From Lama guanicoe (Eukaryota), in the NCBI GenBank assembly GCA_013239625.1, contig MU055785.1, positions 434,001 to 498,000 on the forward strand: 64,000 nt of DNA, read 5' to 3'. The position numbers and the translations under genes were made by a program. Below, in pieces: positions 11,361-21,900 of the stretch (the first letter of the stretch is position 1; every line of letters begins with the position of its first letter). Below the pieces are notes generated by a model. That model was not told where the DNA came from. It worked only from the letters and a program-made list of their open reading frames with translations, and searched no databases.

Positions 11361-12808
11361 AGCCTTGGGTGGGGTTTGGGAAGGGGTGGCTCAGAATGAC
11401 CTTAGTCCAGGGTCCTCGCCTCTCCGGGCCTCAATTTCCCCCTTCCTAGCTAGTAGTGGGTGAGATTCGAGCCTCAGGGAACACAGATCCTCCCTGGCCA
11501 ACGTCAGCCCCGCCGAGGAGCCCGTCCCCACCACTTGGAGGAAGCAGTGACCCACGCTCTCTTCTGTACCCCCGTTAGAGCGCGTACTAAGCCTCCTGAG
11601 ATGTTCTGTTATCAACGAGCCGGCACCCTTATTAGACTGTAAACTTGAGCGTTCGGAACCCTTATCAGTCATTTCTGAGTCTTGGTCCAGTACCAGGAGC
11701 AGGGGCTTGGGCCCTGGTTATGAATAAGGTAGAATGAGGTGAAGACCTGGGCCCTCTGTCCCCAGGTGCACTGGCGGTTCCTTCCCCATTACTCTGTTTA
11801 CATGTGGGCCCTCTGGGAATTGACTTACTCTGGGCCTTAGTTTCCTCATTAGTAAAGTGGAGCCTACGGCTTTCCTTTGTGGGGTAGTGAGGATTAAGTG
11901 AGATAAAGCATGGGCAGCACCCAGATCAATGTCCAGCACACCACAGTTGCCTAATAAATGCTTATTGTTTGCATGATGGTGCTTGCATCCCTGACCTCTT
12001 CACTGCCGCTGCCAGCCCCAAGCACCTGCTCCTTGTCCTAGAAGGCAAGCAGTCACCCACTCTGGTCCACAGCCTGAATTTTTTTTTTTTTTTGAGATGC
12101 TCAGACTGCCCACTCTAGGTGGGATCCCAGCTGAACAGACCAGGAAAGAAAGGCCGGAGAAGGAAACAGCATTGTGTTGGTATCGGACACCTGGGTGGCA
12201 ATAAATCAGGCCTCCAAACGGTTGTGCTCATCAACAAATGGGCCTCTGCACTGCCTTAGCCAATCGGGATGTGTGTGTGGTGTCCAGGACCCCCAGTGCT
12301 TGGGGTCCAAGGCTACAGATTTGGGGTTAAGGGGAAGACTTTAAGAGCTGTGGGTTTCTGAACTCAAGTCCTAAGGCCATCACTCACTCACTGGTGAAGG
12401 GACATGACCTCTCTGAGCCTGTCTCATCTGTAGAGTGAGGTGATGATGAAGACGGTAGGATACAGTATACTTGAGGTCCTTAGGATTTAGCAAAGGGCCT
12501 GGCCTACATTAAGTGCTTAATAAATACTGGGCAGTGGCATTACTTTCTGCAGAGCCACACCACCTTGGAGGAAGCACCAATCCTCCCAGGTTGACCCCCC
12601 CATCCTATTACTCCTCCTTGTCTTGTCCCCACCCTCTCATCATAGTAACTTCAGAGGCATGTAGGTCTCCAAGCCTCAGCTGTAGCCAGAAACATATCCT
12701 GAAGGTGTTGGCTCCCCTGCTTTATCACCTACAACTCCTGTCTCCATGCAGATCCTGCTTCTCTCTGAGTAACTGTGGATATGTGCAGGGGGTCCCCCCT
12801 GAGTCCAG

Positions 12809-13109
12809 ATGACACTCATACCGATGGCTTCAGTGATGGCGGTGACTGAACCCAAATGGGTGTCAGTCTGGAGCCGCTTCCTGTGGGTGGCGCTGCTGAG
12901 CATGGTGCTGGGGTCTCTGCTGGCCCTGCTGCTGCCGCTGGGGACCGTGGAGGAGCAGTGTCTGGCTGTGCTCAAAGGCTTCTACCTGCTCAGGACCAAG
13001 CTGGACAGGGGGCAGCATGCCAGCACCAAGTGCACCAGCCCCTCCACAGAGCTCAGTGTCACCTCCCGGGATGCAGCGCTGCTGGTGAGCAAGACCAAGG
13101 CCTCTCCAG
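12809..13109 (+). CDS. FICD: FICD first coding exon (MTLIPMASV...KTKASP)
   Basis: ATG 12809; donor CAG|GTAAGA at 13109/13110; probable acceptor TGCAG|A at 12751/12752. Confidence 0.96.
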
Positions 13110-14988
13110 GTAAGAGTGGCCGTCTCTCAATGCTCATTCACCCTGTGGGTATTACTGTGGCCTGTGTGCAGGGCGCGGGGTCAGCTGTGAGCTCCCAGCC
13201 ACACAAGGTGAGAGGTGGCTGAGATGCGGCGCCATCAGTGTGGTGATGGGGAAGCAGAGGGAGCCATAGGAGCACGCCAGGAAGGCTCTCTGGAGGAGGG
13301 GATGCCTGGGCTGAGATGTGAGTGCAAGCAGACGTGACCCAAGGGACAAGGCACGAGTGGAGAGTGTTCCAGGCTGAGACCAGAAGGTAATTAACAGAGC
13401 CCTGGGCACTTAAGGAACTAAAAGGTAGGTGTGGCCGGCACTGGGGGTGGGAGGGCCAGTGGGAAAAGGCCAGCTGTAGAGCAGGGTGGTCTAGCTGGAG
13501 CCCACTAGGTTTAGGAATTTTTTTAAAGGCCCAGGGATAGGAGGAGCCCTTCACAGCCTGGGCCTTAAAGGGGCAGAGGCAGAAACGAGCACCTCCAGAA
13601 ACTGACAGCAGCTGGGAGCTGGAGAAGATGCAGGGGGTGGGGTGAGGGAGCTGCAGAGGAACAGCCACTCAGGATGGCTGGTCGGGGCGGGGGGCCAGGG
13701 GGCCCAGGTGTTGTCCCCACAGTACAGAGAACGGCCCTGGGCCAGATGGACGGTGCACAGCACCCAGCCCCACTGGGCTGCGGGAATGATGCACCCACGT
13801 GTACAGTGGGCTGGATCGAGCCCCTGAGGCCCTGGCGGAACCCAGCAGCCGCCCTGGCCGTCCTTTGCCCCTCTGTGCCCTCCCTGACCGTGCTTCTTGG
13901 GCTCTTCTCTAGCTGGTAAGTTGGAAGCCAAAGCCGCTCTGAACCAAGCCCTGGAGATGAAACGCCAGGGCAAGCGGGAGAAGGCCCACCGGCTCTTCCT
14001 GCACGCGCTCATGATGGACCCGGGCTTCGTGGACGCGCTCAATGAGCTGGGCATCTTCTCGGAGGAGGACAAGGACATCATCCAGGCGGACTACCTGTAC
14101 ACCAGAGCGCTGACCATCGCGCCCCACCACGAGAAGGCGCTGGTCAACCGGGACCGGACGCTGCCGCTGGTGGAGGAGATCGACCAGAGGTATTTCAGCA
14201 TCATCGACAGCAAAGTGAAGAAGGTCATGTCCATCCCCAAAGGCAACTCTGCGCTGCGCAGGGTCATGGAGGAAACATACTACCACCACATCTACCACAC
14301 GGTCGCCATTGAGGGCAACACCCTCACGCTCTCAGAGATCCGGCACATCCTGGAGACCCGCTACGCCGTGCCGGGGAAGAGCCTGGAGGAGCAGAATGAG
14401 GTCATCGGCATGCACGCGGCCATGAAGTACGTCAACGCCACGCTGGTCTCCCGCCTCGGCTCCGTCAGCATCAGTGACGTGCTTGAGATCCACCGGCGGG
14501 TGCTGGGCTACGTGGACCCGGTGGAAGCCGGCCGCTTCCGCACGACACAGGTCCTCGTGGGCCACCACGTCCCGCCCCACCCTCAGGATGTGGAGAAGCA
14601 GATGCAGGAGTTCATTCAGTGGCTCAACTCTGAGGACGCCACGAGCCTGCACCCGGTGGAGTTCGCGGCCCTGGCGCACTACAAACTCGTGTACATCCAC
14701 CCCTTCATCGACGGCAATGGCAGGACCTCGCGCCTGCTGATGAACCTCATCCTGATGCAGGCGGGCTACCCGCCCATCACCGTCCGCAAGGAGCAGAGGT
14801 CCGAGTACTACCACGTCCTGGAGGTTGCCAATGAGGGCGACGTGAGGCCGTTCATCCGCTTCATTGCCAAGTGCACAGAGACCACCCTAGACACCCTGCT
14901 CTTCGCCACCACAGAGTACCCGGTGGCACTGCCGGAGGCCACACCCAACCACTCTGGGTTCAAGGAGACGCTGCCCGTGAAGCCCTAA
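12809..14988 (+). CDS. FICD: FIC domain protein adenylyltransferase (HYPE; BiP AMPylase/deAMPylase), spliced CDS join(12809..13109,13913..14988), 458 aa
   Basis: 301+1076=1377 nt. N-terminal TM segment ([21 protein letters not shown]), TPR region, inhibitory helix TVAIEGN, Fic motif [13 protein letters not shown]-terminal ETLPVKP*. GT-AG intron 13110..13912 in phase 1. Confidence 0.98.
13913..14988 (+). CDS. FICD: FICD last coding exon (TPR + Fic domain)
   Basis: Polypyrimidine tract plus TAG| at 13912; frame [12 protein letters not shown]... to TAA 14986-14988. Confidence 0.97.
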
Positions 14989-16569
14989 TGCTGTCAGTGC
15001 CCCCCGATGACGAAGGATGTCCCCAGAGGGGATAAAAATCAAATTTAGCATTCTTAGAAACCTCCTCATCTCCTTGAGCAAAAGGAGATGGATAAGCAAC
15101 TTAAAATATTCTTGACCTCCAGATGTTTCTTTATAGAAGAAAACTAAATTATTAAGCTTTGTCCCTAAGATAACTTATAATTCAGCCAAGTTATTTATTT
15201 CCTTTGGAGCTGGTAACTGTGTGGTATCAGCTGTCTGTGCTGGTGGCTCCCAGTCTGGTAGGGGGAGGGTGCCAGCAGGCTTTGGGGGCAACAGTGTCCA
15301 TGGTGTGACCAGAACACAGGTTCTGGAGCAGAATTTGCACTAAGGGGAGGAGAGGTGGGGAAGCTGTGGGATGAGGTGCAGAGCCAGAGGAAGAACGCCT
15401 CCCAGCCTTTCTGAAACTGGCTGAGGGTCTGGGACTCCCTGGAAAGCCAGCTCGTCTGAGGAGAGCCTGGTTGCCATCCTTTCAGGTGTCGGCTCCCCCA
15501 CCCAGCGGTGAGTGCTGTGGCCAGCCCTCGCTGCTAGAGCAAGTGCGAGGTAAGACGGGCACGCTGACGATACTGCTGGTCTGGTACCTTGTTTCGAGGA
15601 TTCTTTTGAGCCATGGTTGGCAAACTCCAGGCCCAGAGGCTGGCATTTTTCCACATCAAGACTGTTTTTCTATTTAAGAACAGGGACGGGGCTCACCTGG
15701 TTTCTTTCTATCAGTGTTTCTCACGCTGGCAGCAACTCAGATCAGATGTTTGAGTCTAGAAGTTCTCTGGGTTTGTCACCCAACAATTAAATCCTGCTGC
15801 AAATCAAGTATTAGAAGACAGATGCCATGTCAGTGCCAAACAAGCATCTGTGGTAAGTTCTGTTCTTAGGAACTAAGAAAAAGCTGACCACAGCCCCGAC
15901 ACATCCCCTTTAGTCCACTTACTCACCTGCCCCACGGCCAGCGTACGGCCCAGCATCCCCTCGGGGAGGCAGACTAGAGTGCCTCAGAGGAGTGGCCTTA
16001 CTTCCCTAGCAACTTGTAAAAAGAGGAAACATTACATGTCACACAGCCAAGGTCCCAAGTTGTCATTATGGAAGGAGACTGTCCAATCACACGTGGCCCA
16101 AGTGCCAACACGACTGCTGCTATCCAGAGTCTGCAGGGCTGGAAACGAGGGGCCCCTTCTGCGGGCACCAAGCCAGTGCTGTCTGACACTGTGCGCACTT
16201 TGTCTGTGTCTGAATGATGGTGACTGTCCACCAAGTGCCGTCCAGCTTGAGAAGTCAGAGCCTCACAGGAGTGAGGTCACTGTTCTGATGTAGCAAGTGT
16301 TCAGCTGACGGTATACTAAGCACAGAGTAGTTCTGAAAGGTTAAGTGAGAAGATGGATGAGATGGCCCCAAATGGTACTCAAACCTTTATAAAAAGTATT
16401 TTTGTATGTGTGTGCTGCCGCAGGGTATTTCTTAAACCTTAACTCTTCTCTCATCTTGCTTTTGTAAGTGTACCACGGAAGCCTGACAGACGTGTTTGCT
16501 CTGTACCATGGGGAGAGATTTGCACTTTATTAGCAAACGTGAAAGATATTATTTTAACAGATTACTGAT

Positions 16570-16575
16570 AATAAA
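16570..16575 (+). terminator. Candidate FICD polyadenylation signal AATAAA
   Basis: Canonical hexamer in an AT-rich block about 1.6 kb after the FICD stop, followed by U/GU-rich sequence. Confidence 0.45.
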
Positions 16576-17560
16576 GTATTTTGTTACATAAATGCCTGAG
16601 CCTCTGCTGTCTTGTTCAAGAGCTGTTCCCATTTATCCTAAGGAGGGATTCTTTCTTTCAGAACCTTTTTGCCCTATTTAAATTGTTCTAGGAGAAAAAC
16701 AGGTGCAAGGTGATGTAATTCAACAAGAAAACGAGACAGAACTGGCTGGGTAAGCTGTCTGCCGAGGTTGACAGGGATGAATTAGTGGTCCTGCACTAAG
16801 GAGCAGGCAACTGAAATGGCTCTTCATGTATCTGTTTACGGGGAAACAGACCCACTTCTATGTCCCTGAAAATCCATTTTTAGAACAGTCAACTCCCTGA
16901 ACCTAAATCAGGTCCCACTCAAGTATGAAAGGTCCACTGCTGTTAATGAGCCCCTGTGGACATCTGAGCAGATGACGTGAGGTCGGAGGACTGGCAACAA
17001 ACAGCAAGAGGACAAAACGGCTCACCTGGACGCGGCGCGGCCCAGCGCCACAGCGCCCTGGACCGGTAAGGAGATGCCTGCGGCTCTTGGGTCCCCGACG
17101 GACCCACACCCCCGGGACGGGGAAGCGGATGGCCACTGCAGTGAGCACAGGTTCCTACAACTGCGTCACAGCTGCTGCTTGAGTTCAAAAGTAACACCTA
17201 ACAAAAAAATGTTCTGTGCAAGAGAGAAAGATGAGGTAGAAGGAACCTACAGATTAAAAGACTTACCCAGGAAACTGGAAGTTTGCCTGGATAGTTGATG
17301 ACATTAAGGTATTACTGCTAATGTTTGTAGAAATAATGATCACGGCCACGGTCTCGAGTCCTTAGAGACACGTGCTGCGGTACCATCGGGTGGCCGCTGT
17401 GTCGTCTGGGACGGCCCTCCTTACAGGGGACCTCAGAGGGGAAGGAGGTGGGCCACAAGCGGACAAACACAAAAGCTCAAGGCCAGGCACGTGGGTGTTT
17501 GGCTGACTCTTCTACTTACCTGTTTTACGTTTTCCATTAAAAATGTTAAAAAAAAAAAAA

Positions 17561-17650
17561 GTGGAGGGTATAGCTCAGTGGTAGAGTGCATGCTTAGCAT
17601 GCACGAGGTCCTGGGTTCAATCCCCAGTGCCTCCAACTAAAAAAAATAAT
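17561..17650 (+). mobile_element. tRNA-derived SINE (Vic-1-like) between FICD and SART3 3' ends
   Basis: GGAGGGTATAGCTCAGTGGTAGAGTGCATGCTTAGCATGCACGAGGTCCTGGGTTCAATCCCC plus A tail. Confidence 0.85.
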
Positions 17651-18054
17651 TTTTAAGGTTTATAAAAATAGTAAAGCCTGATTGATGTGTAAGAAACAGA
17701 TAAATGAGCTGATTCCCATCACACAGGAAAGAATTCCGATTTTTTTCCCCCAGAGTGCCTTTACAAAGTCAGCTTCCCTACTGACTCTCCTGGAAATGTC
17801 ACCCTCAAAGCAGTAAATATTTGGTGAAAGATAAGGGTCAGACAGGTCAGAAGCTGTTAAGCGTCAAATTGTTGTAAACTGAGGCTGAAAACTAAAGATA
17901 TCACAGCTGAAATGATTTCAAAGTGACAATCGGATTTGACTTACAAAAGTTCTATTTACACACCTAGTAGGTAAAGCAAGGGACACTCATTTCATAATAC
18001 ATATTTGAATTCACAATCTGAGTACCATCCGGCAAGTTTTTAAGAGAACTTCAG

Positions 18055-18060
18055 TTTAAT
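18055..18060 (-). terminator. Candidate SART3 polyadenylation signal ATTAAA
   Basis: TTTAAT on + strand, about 740 nt after the SART3 stop. Confidence 0.35.
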
Positions 18061-18797
18061 AAACAAAGCTAAATGGGGAGAATTTAAGTTTGCACTTGAC
18101 ATGGTATTTAAACAAAACCAAAGGGCTGAAACTCAATACTCAGACAGAGAACACAGGTCACTAATCACTAGGCAAAGAAAGTGGTCCGTAGCGGATGGCA
18201 CACAGAACTCCTACACAAAACAAATGTCACAAATATTCGGCTTTTAGGAAACAAAACAATGGGGTTGACGTGTCGTTTACAAATACGTAATAGAAAAACG
18301 CACAGCCCCCTGGAACAAAAATCCATCAGATGTTCATGTGACGTCCTCTCTCCCCACCCCTTTACTAAAATAGGCCATTCTGGTGAGTTACTAGCATCTG
18401 CCATTTTGTCTTCTAAAAATTAAAAGAGTGACGGGCACATGTGCTGTGCCAGGTGTAAGAGAGTGTCTTATAAAAAGGGACCAGAGTTGGCCGAAAATAT
18501 TTGGACAAGTGGGTCTCAAAACGGTGTGTTTGAGTTTCACTTCTGCTTCTCACTCTTGAAACACAAAAAGATCTCGGCAGACTAGACCCTGTGCCCAGCC
18601 TGTGGGTGACCGCTACGTCCTCTCGCCCTCAATGTGAGGGAGCACTAAAGCCTCTCTCCTTGGACACCCTCTCCCGTCCCACCTAAACCAGAGGAAGGGT
18701 GTGGGAGTGGGCAGCACTGGGCCCCGCACACCCAGGGCACAGCCGGGCGTCCTCCTGGCCAGCATGAAGTAAGGCATTTCCCTCCTCTCAGTCCCAC

Positions 18798-18972
18798 TCA
18801 CTTTCTCAGGAGCAACTTGGCGAAATCGGCATTGGACATCTTGGGTGCCTCAGCCGCTGGGGTGACACCAGCTGGCGGCGGGGCGGGGCCGTTCTCGGCC
18901 TGGGTCCCCGCGGCGCTGGGGAGTTGCAGGGCGCGAGGCAGCAGAGAGAGCTGGGTCCTCCCCTTCCCCCGC
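18798..18972 (-). CDS. SART3: SART3 exon 19 (RGKGRTQLSL...MSNADFAKLLLRK*)
   Basis: Acceptor CAG|; TGA at 18800-18798; 175 nt. Confidence 0.95.
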
Positions 18973-21900
18973 CTGGAAGAGCAAACACTGAATGTACCTT
19001 CCGTTCATGAAAATAAGCCAGGACAGTCTTAAATTACCCCCAAGTAAAAGGTGAAACACAGAACATCGAGAAGGATGAGACAAGCCCTGTCTCCCTGACT
19101 TTCGCTTGTAGGTAAAAATCACTGTAACAAGCTGCCTTTTCCACAGGTTTGGCAAGGGCCAAGCCTTTGCAATGCAGTCACATGTGGGGTGGATAAAAAT
19201 GGCTGTGACCTTACAGACCTCACCAAATGAGCGCAGTTTTGCTGCCTCAGCTCTGTCGGGTGAGGACACGCCTTCTGTCCACACTACAGCTGGGGCTGTG
19301 GATCAGCCCACACAGATGGGTTCTCTCGCTAAAGGGGCTTTAATCACTGTCTTAGAAAAACCTGACCTTAAATAAGTCACCAGTGTAAAGTGGCAAACAC
19401 CAGGGAGGGCCCCACTTCCAGGCTGGCACTCGGTGTAGACTGGCTGCAGACCCCGGTCCCCCGGGGAACGACTGTGAGCACCGCCAGGAACGGCAGGCCC
19501 TGGCCTCGTGCCTGAAGTCGCGGCACTAACGGGAACCGCGGTCACCGGGGCGCCGGCCAGGACCCAGCCCGCGCCCGCCACACTTACGCTCCGTACATCT
19601 GCCGCGGCACCAGGGGGCCCCCTGGGGCTTTCCTAGCCTCCGGCTTCTCCGGAACTCTCCTCTGAGGAGGATTGCTGATGGCCACTTTGATGACGTTCTC
19701 TTTGATGGTCATGCCGTCCATCTTCAAGACAGCCTGCGACGCCTGGGATTCGTTTTCGTACTCCACGTAGGCCAGGCCCTGGAAGTGCATGAGCCCGAGC
19801 CCGGTCGGTGCTGCACAGCCAGGACACGGCTTCCTCCCTCCCGTCCGCAGGCCGGCGGGGCAGACACCCACCCTCGGGTTCCCGCCCCCACCACCGGCAC
19901 CCTTGTCTGTAGGTTCGTGTCCCTGCCCGTCTTCCTCCCTTTTTCTGCAACTGACTATAATCCACAGAACTTTTTAAGGTCAGTGCATCTTGTGCTGGCT
20001 CCAGTGAGAAAAAGAAGAGAGAGGCCAGCATAAACCTAGCACACAGACAAGGTGGCCAGGACACAGAAGAGCCCCGATCGCTCTGTGCCCTAGGGCCGCC
20101 CTTACTTCATAGTCCTCAACTCCCGATTAGCCTGGATACACGGGAGCTGGGGTGAGAGGTCATCCAAGCTCTTAAACAGCTATTCAAAACGTGGTCAAAG
20201 CTTTCACGAGAGGTTGAGGGGACCACGGGGGGCCAGATGAGGGGAACGCCAGCAGCAGGAGACTCGTGACAAGAGGGGTCTGGGCAGGAGAGAAGAGACC
20301 ACAGAGGGGGTGCCTCACCCCAAGGCCCACAGCCTGGGGGCCACACTGGAGCCCCTGCTAATTCGTGGGAGTTTTTCTTCAAACGCCTTATTCTTTTTAG
20401 TACAGTGAGCCACAAATGGGTGAACCCAACTCTGAATGTAAGTAGAGCCTAGCGCACCTAGCCTCGCGTGAACTTCTCATCTGCTCCTTAGCAGACAAAC
20501 CAGAACCCACTATGGAACCAAACCATCTTTGAAGATGGAGAATGGGGCTCCTGGGCCCCAGGAGACGCACGCCATCTGCAGAGACGCTGACCTTGGGCTT
20601 GCCGGCCCGGTTGGTCACCAGCCGGATGTCCTTCACAGTGCCGTGAGCCTTACAGATCTCCTCGAGCTCCTCTTTCGTGCAGGAGAACGGCAGGCCTGAG
20701 ACGAACAGTTTGTGCTTCTCCAGGGCGGTGCTGTACCTGAACACCTGTGGGAGGAGGGAGAGGGAACCGTGACTCGGGCCCAACCCAGCTCCCCACGCTG
20801 TAGGCCACAGCCTCGCCCACGGGGCTCGCTCAGCCCGCCAGAGCCCAGGGTCGGCCCCAGGTGCTGGAACTGTTAATCCAGTCACTCTGCTCAAGTCACT
20901 CAGATTCTCGAAGCCTCCACTTCCTCCTCTATAAAATGGCCAGCATGAAAGTCGCTATTCTTAGAGTTTGGATCAGGGTCCACTGAGGTAATATGTGACA
21001 CTTCGCGCAGCCCCCGGGCCTCCTAACCATTCAGCAGCAAGTACCCAGCATACAGTTCCTAATTTTACTGTCATTTGTGAACAGTGCAAGCTCAAAGTAC
21101 CCCAGGCCTAAGTGAGACCTCAGTTACCAGCTCAGAACGGACCCCAGATAACGCGGAAGTTTCGCTCTAAACAGAGGACGGATGGTCCGCGTTTGCTCCA
21201 CATCCCCACCGCCGTCCGTGCTACAGACCCCGCGTAGAGGCACTGCCTCCCCCGCGACAAACCTTGAAGTCGGGGTGCTTGCTCTTGTCCACGCAGGGGG
21301 AGACAAACATCGGCCTCCCCTCCACACTCTTGCGGTCCAGCTCCAGTGCCCGCAGGGCCGCCGCCTCTTCTTTGAACTCCACGTAGCAGTAGCCCCGGAA
21401 ATCACCGCGGTTGCTGAAGATGGGGCGGATCTCGACCACGTCCCCGCAGGCCTCGAAGAGCGGCCGGAGTGCAGCTTCCGGCGCCCCCAGGCTGTAGGGC
21501 AGGTTGCTGACGAAGACGGTGACCCCGTCCTTGCTGCTGTCGTGAAGCACCTTGGGCATGTCCCTTTTCGGGGCGGCCGCCCGCGCCTTCTGCTTGGAGG
21601 GGGGCTCCACGTCCACGGGGCCCGTGTCTTCTTCCAGGTCAAGTCCGACTTTCCCGGTGGCAGGAGGGACACTGTTCTCCACCCTCCTGCGCTTGGAAGG
21701 CTGCTCTGCAGTGTCGGGAGGACAGCGGCAGCGGCTGAGGGGCTGTCCAAGGTCAGCCCCTCCCAGCACTAAGGGCTGGCCGGGACACACCCACGCACGC
21801 ACCCCGCCCTCCCAGCCCACCCGATCATCCTGCTCCTTCCTGGGTCCCAGATCCCTGGGTGTAAGCGGACTAACTCAGGCAGAAGTGGTAAGACAAGTTC

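Noticed and set aside
13897-13912. ORF-track start of the 363-aa FICD ORF (and 52770 for ISCU)
   Set aside because: Non-ATG starts inside the intronic pyrimidine tract; the real frame comes from splicing.
13909-14814. Antisense ORFs (129 and 160 aa) over FICD, and similar ORFs over SART3 exons 15-16
   Set aside because: Shadow ORFs caused by high GC3 codon bias on the coding strand; no independent gene signals.
17563-17635. tRNA-like cloverleaf with A and B boxes (also at 1142, 2006, 24390, 45595)
   Set aside because: Multiple diverged copies with shared A-rich tails and TSDs: tRNA-derived SINEs, not tRNA genes.
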